A stretch of DNA of 46,497 nt. It comes from a virus. Taxonomy: Duplodnaviria; Caudoviricetes. Position 1 is the stretch's first letter. The number at the start of each line of letters is the position of its first letter. The DNA lies in the IMG/VR virus record IMGVR_UViG_3300037313_002209, positions 1 to 46,497 of that record; one strand, 5' to 3'. The notes under the pieces were generated by a model. It was not told where the DNA came from. It was given only the letters and a program-made list of their open reading frames with translations, and did no database searches. This document shows positions 33,018 through 40,917 of the stretch, one piece after another. Made by a program: the position numbers and the translations under genes.

Positions 33018-35254
33018 TGCGGCATATCTCCTGGTGGGCTCGCTCCGGTTGCTGCCTGTTTAGGCTCTTGTCCACCACCAGCATCCATTTGGTCACCTCC
33101 TTCAGCCTCACCTTCTTCGCCGGTATCATCTAGCCCCATACTATCGATGCCAGGCGCAGCGTCTGCGGCCATATCGGCTGCTGAGCCACCTCCACCTTCA
33201 CTTGCCCCAACAGCATCGATTGCGTCTGGGTTCTCTTGACGCCATTTTTCTTCGTTTTCGGTTATCTCTTCTTCTGTCATGCCTAGATAGCGACGCATGA
33301 GGAAGCGCTTGCTGAACCATTTCAACTCAACTAGTGGTTGGAATACATTAATCATAGCAGCGTCTTTTTCGACGCGGGCAAAGTCGCTAAAATGTTGTGG
33401 CGTCGTGAAAGCTAGTTCGAAAATAGAAGAGTCGATATTGAATCCTCTCTGTTTTACGAACAGTTTAAATTCCTTGTCAAAGACTGGCGCAATCAACTGC
33501 TGAAGGCGTGCGCAATAGGTGGCGAAACGATACTCTTGAATATATGCTGCACCTGTGCGGCCGTCATTGTATGTTTGCTGGCCGTCGTCTGGCCCGTTTG
33601 GCAAATATGAACTTGGAACTCTTAAACCACGTATCAGTTTGTTCTGCCACCAACGAAGGTCATCGATTACGCCTAAGTTCTCGCCACCAGGCAACGTTTC
33701 AACTTTCGAGCCACGACCGCTCTCGCCAGTCGCAAAAAAATAGTCGTCAATCATGCTGTTTTGAACAATGATTTGTTGTTCGATGGCGAAATTATGCAGA
33801 GAATGGTAGTCTTCATTTCCGTCGATAGTAATTGTGCCAACATCCATTCTATATGGCAGTTGTTCTATTCGGTCTAAGCGAACAACAAATGTTCCTTGAT
33901 CGTTCAGTTTATTAAAGCCGAACAGTTCATCGTCAGTTGTTAAATTTGCTGCCATAACGACGCCGCGCCCTCTGACTGGGATCTTATGGTCCGGTGTGCA
34001 AATGAGTGATTGTCCATTGTCCAGGTGTAAGCAAATCACTTCGGCATTTTGCCTTGTGACACCAGCCCATGTTATCGGCCCAGGAACTACTGCGCCTGTC
34101 TGTGGATTGCAGCTGAATGCACAGTTGTTGACGCCTGCACGATACTCCTGTTCTAGCTCTACAAGCGATAGAGTCCGCCCATCCTCTAGTGGTACGCGTG
34201 TCGTCATGTCGAGGCACATTGGCGAGTAGGCTGCATCTGTTGTTAATGTCGATGCGCCGCCCGTCCGGCTTGGGATCCTCTTTTGATATATTTCGTTCTT
34301 AACTTTTTCAATATAGGCGCCAGCCTTGTGGGCGGGCATTTGTCCAGTATCAATGTAGAAGATGCGTCGCTCAGGTGCACGAATGATGCGATAGATGATT
34401 ACAGCATCCTCGAGAAGTTCTTTCTGCCTGAATGTTTTGAACACGCTTTCAAGAATAGAAACGCCAAATGGCCAGTTTGCGTCTAACCCCTCGGACAAAC
34501 TTAAATGGACCATGTGAGTTGCATCAACTGCCGTTAACAGTTGGTTGGAGTCAGATGCATAACGGCCGTTTGGATTGGTGACAGGACCCATTCGGCTAGG
34601 ACCACCAACAGCACCCCAGGCACCGACACCGCCATATTGGTTTAATGAATTGCTACCTATACCTTGAATATTATTGCCATATTGCTGGGATTGTGTTGCA
34701 GTGAGATTCGTAGCATTGAGATTTAGATTTCTAACAAGATAAGCCTCCGGCTCCTTCCCATTCGCTTCATTGACAAGGATCTTTTCAACCATTGCCTGCT
34801 CAACCCAATACCATTTGAGGGTCTCTGGATCACGAATGAAAAATTGATCGCCATATTTTAATGTTGATCGAAAAATCCGCCAGAACCTGCGATTGAATTC
34901 ATTTATTTTATTCCATTGATGAAGGCAGGTTTTGAGGATTTCAACTTCAGTATCTGACTGCGAGCCATTATAAACAATTTCAAAGATTTCGCCGGTGTTG
35001 TCATCTTTTTGTGTGCAGAAATCAGCAATGGTGTCAAGGGCAGCGTTCACTTCACTGTCCATATCCATTTGGTCATATTGCGTATAGCGCTCAATCCTCA
35101 AAGGATGACCCGCGTATACTTCTGGTAGAACACTAGAAAACTTGTTGCCGACCACCCCGTTGTGGAGCACATCAGAGTCACGCCGCGATTTCTCGAGCGC
35201 AATCTTGAGGCGGCGGTCAGTGTTAACTACCTGAAAATGCTTTTTCCAAGAAAT
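33014..35254 (-). CDS. gp20: Portal protein (gp20-like) with intein; probable ATT start at 35254
   Basis: YDQMD.DSEVNAALD, LEDAVIIYRI.RAPERRIFYIDTG, DDYFF...GRGSKVETLPGGENLG, LRVPSSYL, IQEYRF. The frame extends upstream of GTG 35170 to ATT-SWKKHF with an AAGGA SD. Confidence 0.93.
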   Translation of the reverse strand: MSWKKHFQVVNTDRRLKIALEKSRRDSDVLHNGVVGNKFSSVLPEVYAGHPLRIERYTQYDQMDMDSEVNAALDTIADFCTQKDDNTGEIFEIVYNGSQSDTEVEILKTCLHQWNKINEFNRRFWRIFRSTLKYGDQFFIRDPETLKWYWVEQAMVEKILVNEANGKEPEAYLVRNLNLNATNLTATQSQQYGNNIQGIGSNSLNQYGGVGAWGAVGGPSRMGPVTNPNGRYASDSNQLLTAVDATHMVHLSLSEGLDANWPFGVSILESVFKTFRQKELLEDAVIIYRIIRAPERRIFYIDTGQMPAHKAGAYIEKVKNEIYQKRIPSRTGGASTLTTDAAYSPMCLDMTTRVPLEDGRTLSLVELEQEYRAGVNNCAFSCNPQTGAVVPGPITWAGVTRQNAEVICLHLDNGQSLICTPDHKIPVRGRGVVMAANLTTDDELFGFNKLNDQGTFVVRLDRIEQLPYRMDVGTITIDGNEDYHSLHNFAIEQQIIVQNSMIDDYFFATGESGRGSKVETLPGGENLGVIDDLRWWQNKLIRGLRVPSSYLPNGPDDGQQTYNDGRTGAAYIQEYRFATYCARLQQLIAPVFDKEFKLFVKQRGFNIDSSIFELAFTTPQHFSDFARVEKDAAMINVFQPLVELKWFSKRFLMRRYLGMTEEEITENEEKWRQENPDAIDAVGASEGGGGSAADMAADAAPGIDSMGLDDTGEEGEAEGGDQMDAGGGQEPKQAATGASPPGDMPQ
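33758..34216 (-). mobile_element. Mini-intein (153 aa) in the portal protein
   Basis: Starts CLDMTTRV, block B CTPDHK, ends DVGTITI...HNFA...IVQN followed by Ser+1. Removal restores YSPM-SMIDDYFF. No endonuclease. Confidence 0.9.
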
Positions 35255-35287
35255 TGTTCTATTCCTTAAAGGAGGTAATCGATCAAT

Positions 35288-35294
35288 TATTTAG
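35288..35294 (-). promoter_or_regulatory. T4-type late promoter
   Basis: CTAAATA upstream of the portal. Confidence 0.6.
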
Positions 35295-37832
35295 TTAGCG
35301 AACGACACTAGGATCACGCCGAGCATTTCGATTTAAACTCTCGGTATTTTCCTCGATTGCTATAAAAATACCTTTCATATCTTGCTGGTATTGCCCCAAC
35401 ATCAGGTTTTGCTGGTGAAACTCATCTGAGAACCTTGTCATAACATCAACTAGCTGGGCCAATGGATCAGCAACAACTGGGCGTGGTGCATCAGCATCAG
35501 GTGCAACAGCACCATTAGCTGGCGTTGGCGACGCTCCGTTTGCTTGTGTACTTGGCGTAGGTGATTGACCTACTTGTGGTAATGTCGGTTGTGGCGATGA
35601 TGGAAGGTAACCGGCGATTAGATCGGCTGCCCTACTGCCAACTGCTTCGCCACCAAAGCCGCCTGCTATTGAGCCACCTATGCCTCCTACAACGGCGCCA
35701 ATGCCGGTACCAACGCCGGGGACTACTGATCCGACTGCACCGCCACCCATTGCGCCAAGCTGCAAGCCTAGCAATGCGCCGCCAATGCCGCCTGCAGCCT
35801 TGCCAACTGACTCAGCAACTTGGGTCTGGAATTGTGCCTGCGTAATACGTCCGTCTGCTAGATCTGCTGCGGCTTCTTGGATCTCACTGTAAGTGGTTAT
35901 ACCCTCTATCATGAATAGCAACGGGGTTGGCAGGAAACGTTTGAGGAATCTTCCGCCACGTGCAAGCCTAGCAGCTCGTGACATAGTGCCAGTCGCTGTG
36001 CCACCCGCTACAGTTAACCCTGTAGCTGCGCCTGCTGCCCCTCCTAAAACACCCGGTGCCGCGCCTGCTGTTGTGCCAGCGACCCTGCCACCTGTCACAA
36101 CATTCCTCACTAAGCCAGCCGCCCTTTTTGCACCAGCCCAAGCTCCAACCACTCCCAGACCTTCAATGCCATATTGCGCAGCGGTTGACAACATGCTGGC
36201 AGCTTCATGGCCGGCTACAACTGCGCCAGGTGACATCGAATTGACAAACGCCGCCACCTTTTTATCGTATTCGGTCATATGTCTCGTAATGCCATCCATG
36301 GTGTCAATAAATTGCGCATAATGGTTGTTAATGAAATCGACTTCCTTCTCCATAATCACAGCCGCCGTTTCTTGCGCGCCTGCGACTATGCTTTGGACGC
36401 CATACTGCATAGCTGCTTTTGCAGCGTCCATGGCGTTGCGGTAATCTGTGATTGCTCCTGTAAGAGCTCTCTGATTCGCAAGGCCTTCGCCTGCATTGTT
36501 AGTGCGTGTGGCTGCGGCTTCGTCTAGGCTGACAAACAAATCACGCGCTAGCTCTGAAGCCCGGTCTTGCGCATCGGCTATGACCGGCATGAGACCACCC
36601 GCTTGCATTTGGCTTTGGCTTTGCCGACCAGCGATCTCAACGAGGTTGGTCACGTTTTGAGCAGTTATCGACTGAGCATGAGCAATCCTCTGGTAGGCGG
36701 CAAAAAGTTGTGGCGCATTGCGCATGACATTTGACGCCCGTTCGTCGACACGACCGGTTGCAAGATATTTTTGCACAGAGGCAAAATCTTGGCGCATTCC
36801 TTCAGGCAATGCTGCCTGGATGCCTGTAAGGCGGATCCGTTGCTCGGGAGCCAACGCTGCCATCCACGCGTGCTGCCTTGGATCTCTGGCAATATCAGCG
36901 GCCGCTCGTCGTATTTCTTCGACCGACCTACCCCAAGCTGCCGAGTATGTTGTTGTGTCTTTGATCATTGTCTGAAATGTTTGATCAAGACTGCTGTTTC
37001 TGATCCGATCGAGGCCTCCTTGATACTTTACTTGTTCAGCAAACACACCCAAGTTTTCGACCGTTTCCTCAGTCGACATACCAAGGTTGTGGACTGCCCT
37101 CATAGATATCATAAGCTGGCGTGTTGCATTAGCGGCGCCGTCAGCGCCCAACTGTCGCAATGCAACTGTGCCGTGTTGCATTGCGTTGGTCATAACATCT
37201 AATGGTATTCTTGCTCCCGCAACAGCTCGCGTCATCGCAAACATGTCACCGCCAAACGTTTGTCCATATTTGGACAGTTGGTGATACATGTCATATTGTT
37301 CGTTGACAAGTGGCGTTAGGCCGCTAATGATTGCAGTAGCAGCGGTAATGCCAGCAGCGCCTAACGCCATTGCACTTTTAAGGCGCACGGCATTAGCTGA
37401 TAGTTCACCCAATTGCTTACCGGCTTCGCCGGCATTCGACAGGTCCGGCAGGAGGCTGCGTCGCTGGGCAAACCCGCCCTGTCCAAATTGGACACGTGCA
37501 CTTCTAAACGATGCAGTTAAGGTTTCCAGTTCACGCACAAGAGCCGCACGTGATCGAACAACGCCTTGATCGACTATGTCAAAGTTCGGTGATGCTACGT
37601 TCCTAAGTTGATTTGGCGGGCCCTGCCTATTAAATGCATCAGCTATCGCTTTACTGATCAGGTCGGCATAAACCCTCGGATTATTTTTAATCTGGAGTTT
37701 TTCCATACGCTCCAGAATGAGTTTGATATCGTGAAGCTTTGAGACAGTGTTGGTGTCGCCTTCTGTGTTGTTAAGTCTGTCCCCTAGCTTCAGAAGGAGA
37801 TCTTTCATCTCTTGCGTAGTGATATCAACCAT
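35295..37832 (-). CDS. Tape-measure-like protein
   Basis: 845 aa, Ala/Gly-rich helical, with a C-terminal glycine-zipper hydrophobic stretch; adjacent to hub genes. Confidence 0.65.
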   Translation of the reverse strand: MVDITTQEMKDLLLKLGDRLNNTEGDTNTVSKLHDIKLILERMEKLQIKNNPRVYADLISKAIADAFNRQGPPNQLRNVASPNFDIVDQGVVRSRAALVRELETLTASFRSARVQFGQGGFAQRRSLLPDLSNAGEAGKQLGELSANAVRLKSAMALGAAGITAATAIISGLTPLVNEQYDMYHQLSKYGQTFGGDMFAMTRAVAGARIPLDVMTNAMQHGTVALRQLGADGAANATRQLMISMRAVHNLGMSTEETVENLGVFAEQVKYQGGLDRIRNSSLDQTFQTMIKDTTTYSAAWGRSVEEIRRAAADIARDPRQHAWMAALAPEQRIRLTGIQAALPEGMRQDFASVQKYLATGRVDERASNVMRNAPQLFAAYQRIAHAQSITAQNVTNLVEIAGRQSQSQMQAGGLMPVIADAQDRASELARDLFVSLDEAAATRTNNAGEGLANQRALTGAITDYRNAMDAAKAAMQYGVQSIVAGAQETAAVIMEKEVDFINNHYAQFIDTMDGITRHMTEYDKKVAAFVNSMSPGAVVAGHEAASMLSTAAQYGIEGLGVVGAWAGAKRAAGLVRNVVTGGRVAGTTAGAAPGVLGGAAGAATGLTVAGGTATGTMSRAARLARGGRFLKRFLPTPLLFMIEGITTYSEIQEAAADLADGRITQAQFQTQVAESVGKAAGGIGGALLGLQLGAMGGGAVGSVVPGVGTGIGAVVGGIGGSIAGGFGGEAVGSRAADLIAGYLPSSPQPTLPQVGQSPTPSTQANGASPTPANGAVAPDADAPRPVVADPLAQLVDVMTRFSDEFHQQNLMLGQYQQDMKGIFIAIEENTESLNRNARRDPSVVR

Positions 37833-37860
37833 TTAGATAATCCTTGACTGTATGCAAAAA

Positions 37861-37900
37861 TATTTAGTGGCGAAACGCGCCAATTTGGCAAAAATAAATA
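37861..37900. promoter_or_regulatory. Divergent pair of late promoters
   Basis: CTAAATA on minus (37861-37867) and ATAAATA on plus (37894-37900). Confidence 0.7.
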
Positions 37901-37925
37901 ACTATATATAATGAGGAGGGTGTGT

Positions 37926-38774
37926 ATGGTTTCTAATCCGCTACAAGGATTTTTTCGCCAGCCGGGAATACATGTTAAGTTGCCAACTAACGGCTACTAC
38001 AATGCTGAAGGCACATTTGATTTTTCGCCTAACAGGGAGGTCGGAATTTACCCAATGACGGCCGCCGATGAGATGGTGGCCACTAATCCAGATAGCCTTT
38101 TAAACGGATCAGCCCTCGAACGGATTGTAGCCAGTTGCTGCCCTTCGCTAACCAATCCCAAAGAGGTCCTTATTCAAGACGCTGATGTTATTATCTTAGC
38201 CGCTAAGTCGGTTAGTTTTGGCGATGCGCTACATCTAAAAGCACAGTGCCCTAAATGTCAGAAATTGAATGATTTCACATTGAGCATCAGATCTGTCCTT
38301 GAACAGGTAACGCCATTCCCGAAACAGCATGTTATACGGCTGTCCGACGAACTTGTTGCTCACCTCAGGCCATTTACGCTCCGTTCAAACAACCTAGTGA
38401 ACCTGCGGCAGTTCGAAGAGACAAAGCACATTCAGAACATATTAGAAAACAAAGAACTTTCCGACGAGGTGAAATCGCGGGAAGTATCACAAGCGTATGA
38501 TCGCATGGCTAATGTTTCACTCGAGATGATAAGTGAATGTGTGATGAAGATTATCACACCACAAGCTGAAGTAACTGACATCGCACAAATCAAAGAATTC
38601 CTCGATAATTCTTCGCGGGTTATCGTTAAGAAGGTGCGGGACGGCCTTGAAGAATTTACGAAATATGGCTTACCAAAAGAGACCGATGTGGTGTGCAGCA
38701 ATGAGAAGTGCACCAGTGTATGGCGTGTTCCTATCGTATACGATCCGTCAAGTTTTTTCGCCTCAGACTCTTAA
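37926..38774 (+). CDS. gp26: Baseplate hub assembly protein (gp26-like)
   Basis: NPL..FFRQP.I.V.LP..G..Y, MTAADE, PD.LLNG, S.G...CPKC, ends YDPSSFF; GAGGAGG SD. Confidence 0.8.
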   Translation: MVSNPLQGFFRQPGIHVKLPTNGYYNAEGTFDFSPNREVGIYPMTAADEMVATNPDSLLNGSALERIVASCCPSLTNPKEVLIQDADVIILAAKSVSFGDALHLKAQCPKCQKLNDFTLSIRSVLEQVTPFPKQHVIRLSDELVAHLRPFTLRSNNLVNLRQFEETKHIQNILENKELSDEVKSREVSQAYDRMANVSLEMISECVMKIITPQAEVTDIAQIKEFLDNSSRVIVKKVRDGLEEFTKYGLPKETDVVCSNEKCTSVWRVPIVYDPSSFFASDS

Positions 38775-38974
38775 GCACTCCAGGGGATAAGATTCCAATC
38801 CTGCTTAACGAGTATGTTGAATCTGGGAACAACATTTCAAAATCAGTTTATCAGCTAGTTCTCTACGGCAATGGCCTGACCAGGGAAGAGGCGTTTGCTA
38901 TGAGCTACTCTGAGCGCCGCGTCTATATGAAAATGATTGAAGAAAAGATTAAGAATAACCCTCGCTTGTCATAG
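38750..38974 (+). CDS. gp51-like hub assembly segment, probably expressed by -1 frameshift from gp26
   Basis: GLTREEAFAMSYSERR motif; no convincing start of its own; slippery T TTT TTC at 38753-38759. Confidence 0.6.
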   Translation, partial: KFFRLRLLSTPGDKIPILLNEYVESGNNISKSVYQLVLYGNGLTREEAFAMSYSERRVYMKMIEEKIKNNPRLS

Positions 38975-38978
38975 TCGA

Positions 38979-40904
38979 TCATGTGATCACATTGGTCGTC
39001 GTCAATGTTGTATTAAGCGCGGTTTGCGTGGCCTGTCTCCTGTTTGGATCCGGATCGCCTGCTGTTACCTTTATTCCTGCCAGAGATAGTCCTGGCAGCA
39101 CAGTCGCAGGGTCAAATGGGTTGCCGCCTTGCCTGAGTTCGAAGTGCAGATGTGGTCCAGTTACATTACCAGTTGCGCCCACGTTGCCCAAAAACTGTCC
39201 TTGCGCAACCTTGTCGCCTTTATTGACTGCGGGTAGATTCATCATATGGCCGTAAATTGAGCGTAGGCCGTTGCCATGGTCGATACAGACACAGTTTCCG
39301 TAACCGCCATATCCTGATCCAGGCTGGCCGAACCCTGCGAAAACGACAGAACCCGATTTTGTGGCAACAATAGCATTGCCGGAATTGCGCGCGATGTCAC
39401 AGCCTGGATGGTTGCCCCCGGCCCGTGGTCCAAATTGTGATGACACTATACCAGATACTGGCACCCAATAACTGGTGTCATTGCCTGGCGGCAGCTCAGG
39501 CTGTCCGGGCAGGATATCGTTTGGAGAGGGTTGTGCTCCATAATCGCCCGCTTGCGTGCGGGTTTGATAGTTGAGATTCACAGCTTTAGATTCAGGCCCT
39601 AATCCAGATGATGCATGCCCTGACCACGGTTCGTGCGATGGCATCACCGAGCAAATAGTTTTTGTTGAAAGTTCCGGATAACCCTTCTCAACGTTGAGCT
39701 CTCGATCGGATTTGCTAGTCACAGGAATTAAGGACGCCTGCGCTGCTGATCCAGGAGTTGGCCCGACTGGCCCGTTTTGATAAACCGGCTTTCCGACGAG
39801 ATAAAGGCCGCACTGTGCGGTTACACCAACACATTGCTGCGCCTGTACAGCAACGTTGCAGCTTGCTTGCAACCCGATAGTGCAGCCACTTGAAACAGCG
39901 ACATCCTCTTGACTAAGCAAGGAAAGTGTGTTTTGCGATTGGAGATTAAGTGGGCCACCACTTGCGATGTTGATTGCGCCAGTTCCTTGCAAAGTGATAG
40001 CAGCCGATGTTGCTAGGGTCACACCTTTCTGGCCGTAAATATTCACTTTGCCATCAGCGTGGAGGTTGATATCGGATTGTGAGCGGTATGATATTGGTGA
40101 AGCCGAGTAAGCGTTGATGCCGTCGTCGCCCACCTCTAGCCAAGAATTACCGTTTTTGCTGATGACATAAATCATGCCAATCGCATCGTTTATCAAAACT
40201 TGCGCACCAGACTTTGTCCGCAGGCGGATAAAGGTGTTGTCTGGATTGTCGTCTAAAACTAATTGTGATCCACCCGGAGACAACAGACCAAGAACGTCGG
40301 GTTTTGTGCTCCTACGAGCTGAACTGTCACTTGGCCCCCGGTTACCATCGCTCATCAGCCCTTCATTCAGAAGGCCAGTAGTAAGCGGCACATATGGCGG
40401 CCGCAACGGGTTCGGATTCGCTGCTTGTGTGGAGTCCCATTTGTTATACTCTTGGACTGGAGCGGTTTCTTTACCATTTGACGTGGTGGTTGGGCCAACT
40501 GGAATGCCAGGCACCATATTGTCCATGAACTGCTGATAGAGGCAGCCTATCCATATGCCTCTGTTTGGATCGCCGTTTATGAATTGCACGATTACTTCGT
40601 TGTCAATATCAGGCGGCACGGCAAAAAAACCATACGATGTTTGACTGTCAGCTTGGCTCGACTTGTTCACTGCGATGATCGGAGTGGCGCCGGCGAAAGG
40701 CGAGCAATAATTGACTGTGACAAGGCCATTAAATGGATCAGACGACAGTTCTGGAATCCACACCTTCAAACGTCCCATGCATTGAACGTCACTGTTATCT
40801 TTAACAAATCCTAGGTAAGTGCCCATATACCGTGTCTCAGTGCCGTTTGGATGGAGACTGAGTTGCTTTGGGACAGTGGTTGTTCTGCTGTAGCTAAGGA
40901 CCAT
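38979..40904 (-). CDS. gp5: Baseplate central spike (gp5/VgrG-like) with C-terminal M23 peptidase
   Basis: OB-fold GRLKVWIPE...SYGF.AVPPD..NEV.V.F..GD...WIGC; beta-helix repeats; PSHEPW; M23 motifs HPGCD, YGHM, GPHLHFE. Confidence 0.85.
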   Translation of the reverse strand: MVLSYSRTTTVPKQLSLHPNGTETRYMGTYLGFVKDNSDVQCMGRLKVWIPELSSDPFNGLVTVNYCSPFAGATPIIAVNKSSQADSQTSYGFFAVPPDIDNEVIVQFINGDPNRGIWIGCLYQQFMDNMVPGIPVGPTTTSNGKETAPVQEYNKWDSTQAANPNPLRPPYVPLTTGLLNEGLMSDGNRGPSDSSARRSTKPDVLGLLSPGGSQLVLDDNPDNTFIRLRTKSGAQVLINDAIGMIYVISKNGNSWLEVGDDGINAYSASPISYRSQSDINLHADGKVNIYGQKGVTLATSAAITLQGTGAINIASGGPLNLQSQNTLSLLSQEDVAVSSGCTIGLQASCNVAVQAQQCVGVTAQCGLYLVGKPVYQNGPVGPTPGSAAQASLIPVTSKSDRELNVEKGYPELSTKTICSVMPSHEPWSGHASSGLGPESKAVNLNYQTRTQAGDYGAQPSPNDILPGQPELPPGNDTSYWVPVSGIVSSQFGPRAGGNHPGCDIARNSGNAIVATKSGSVVFAGFGQPGSGYGGYGNCVCIDHGNGLRSIYGHMMNLPAVNKGDKVAQGQFLGNVGATGNVTGPHLHFELRQGGNPFDPATVLPGLSLAGIKVTAGDPDPNRRQATQTALNTTLTTTNVIT

Positions 40905-40917
40905 CTAACGCTCTCAA

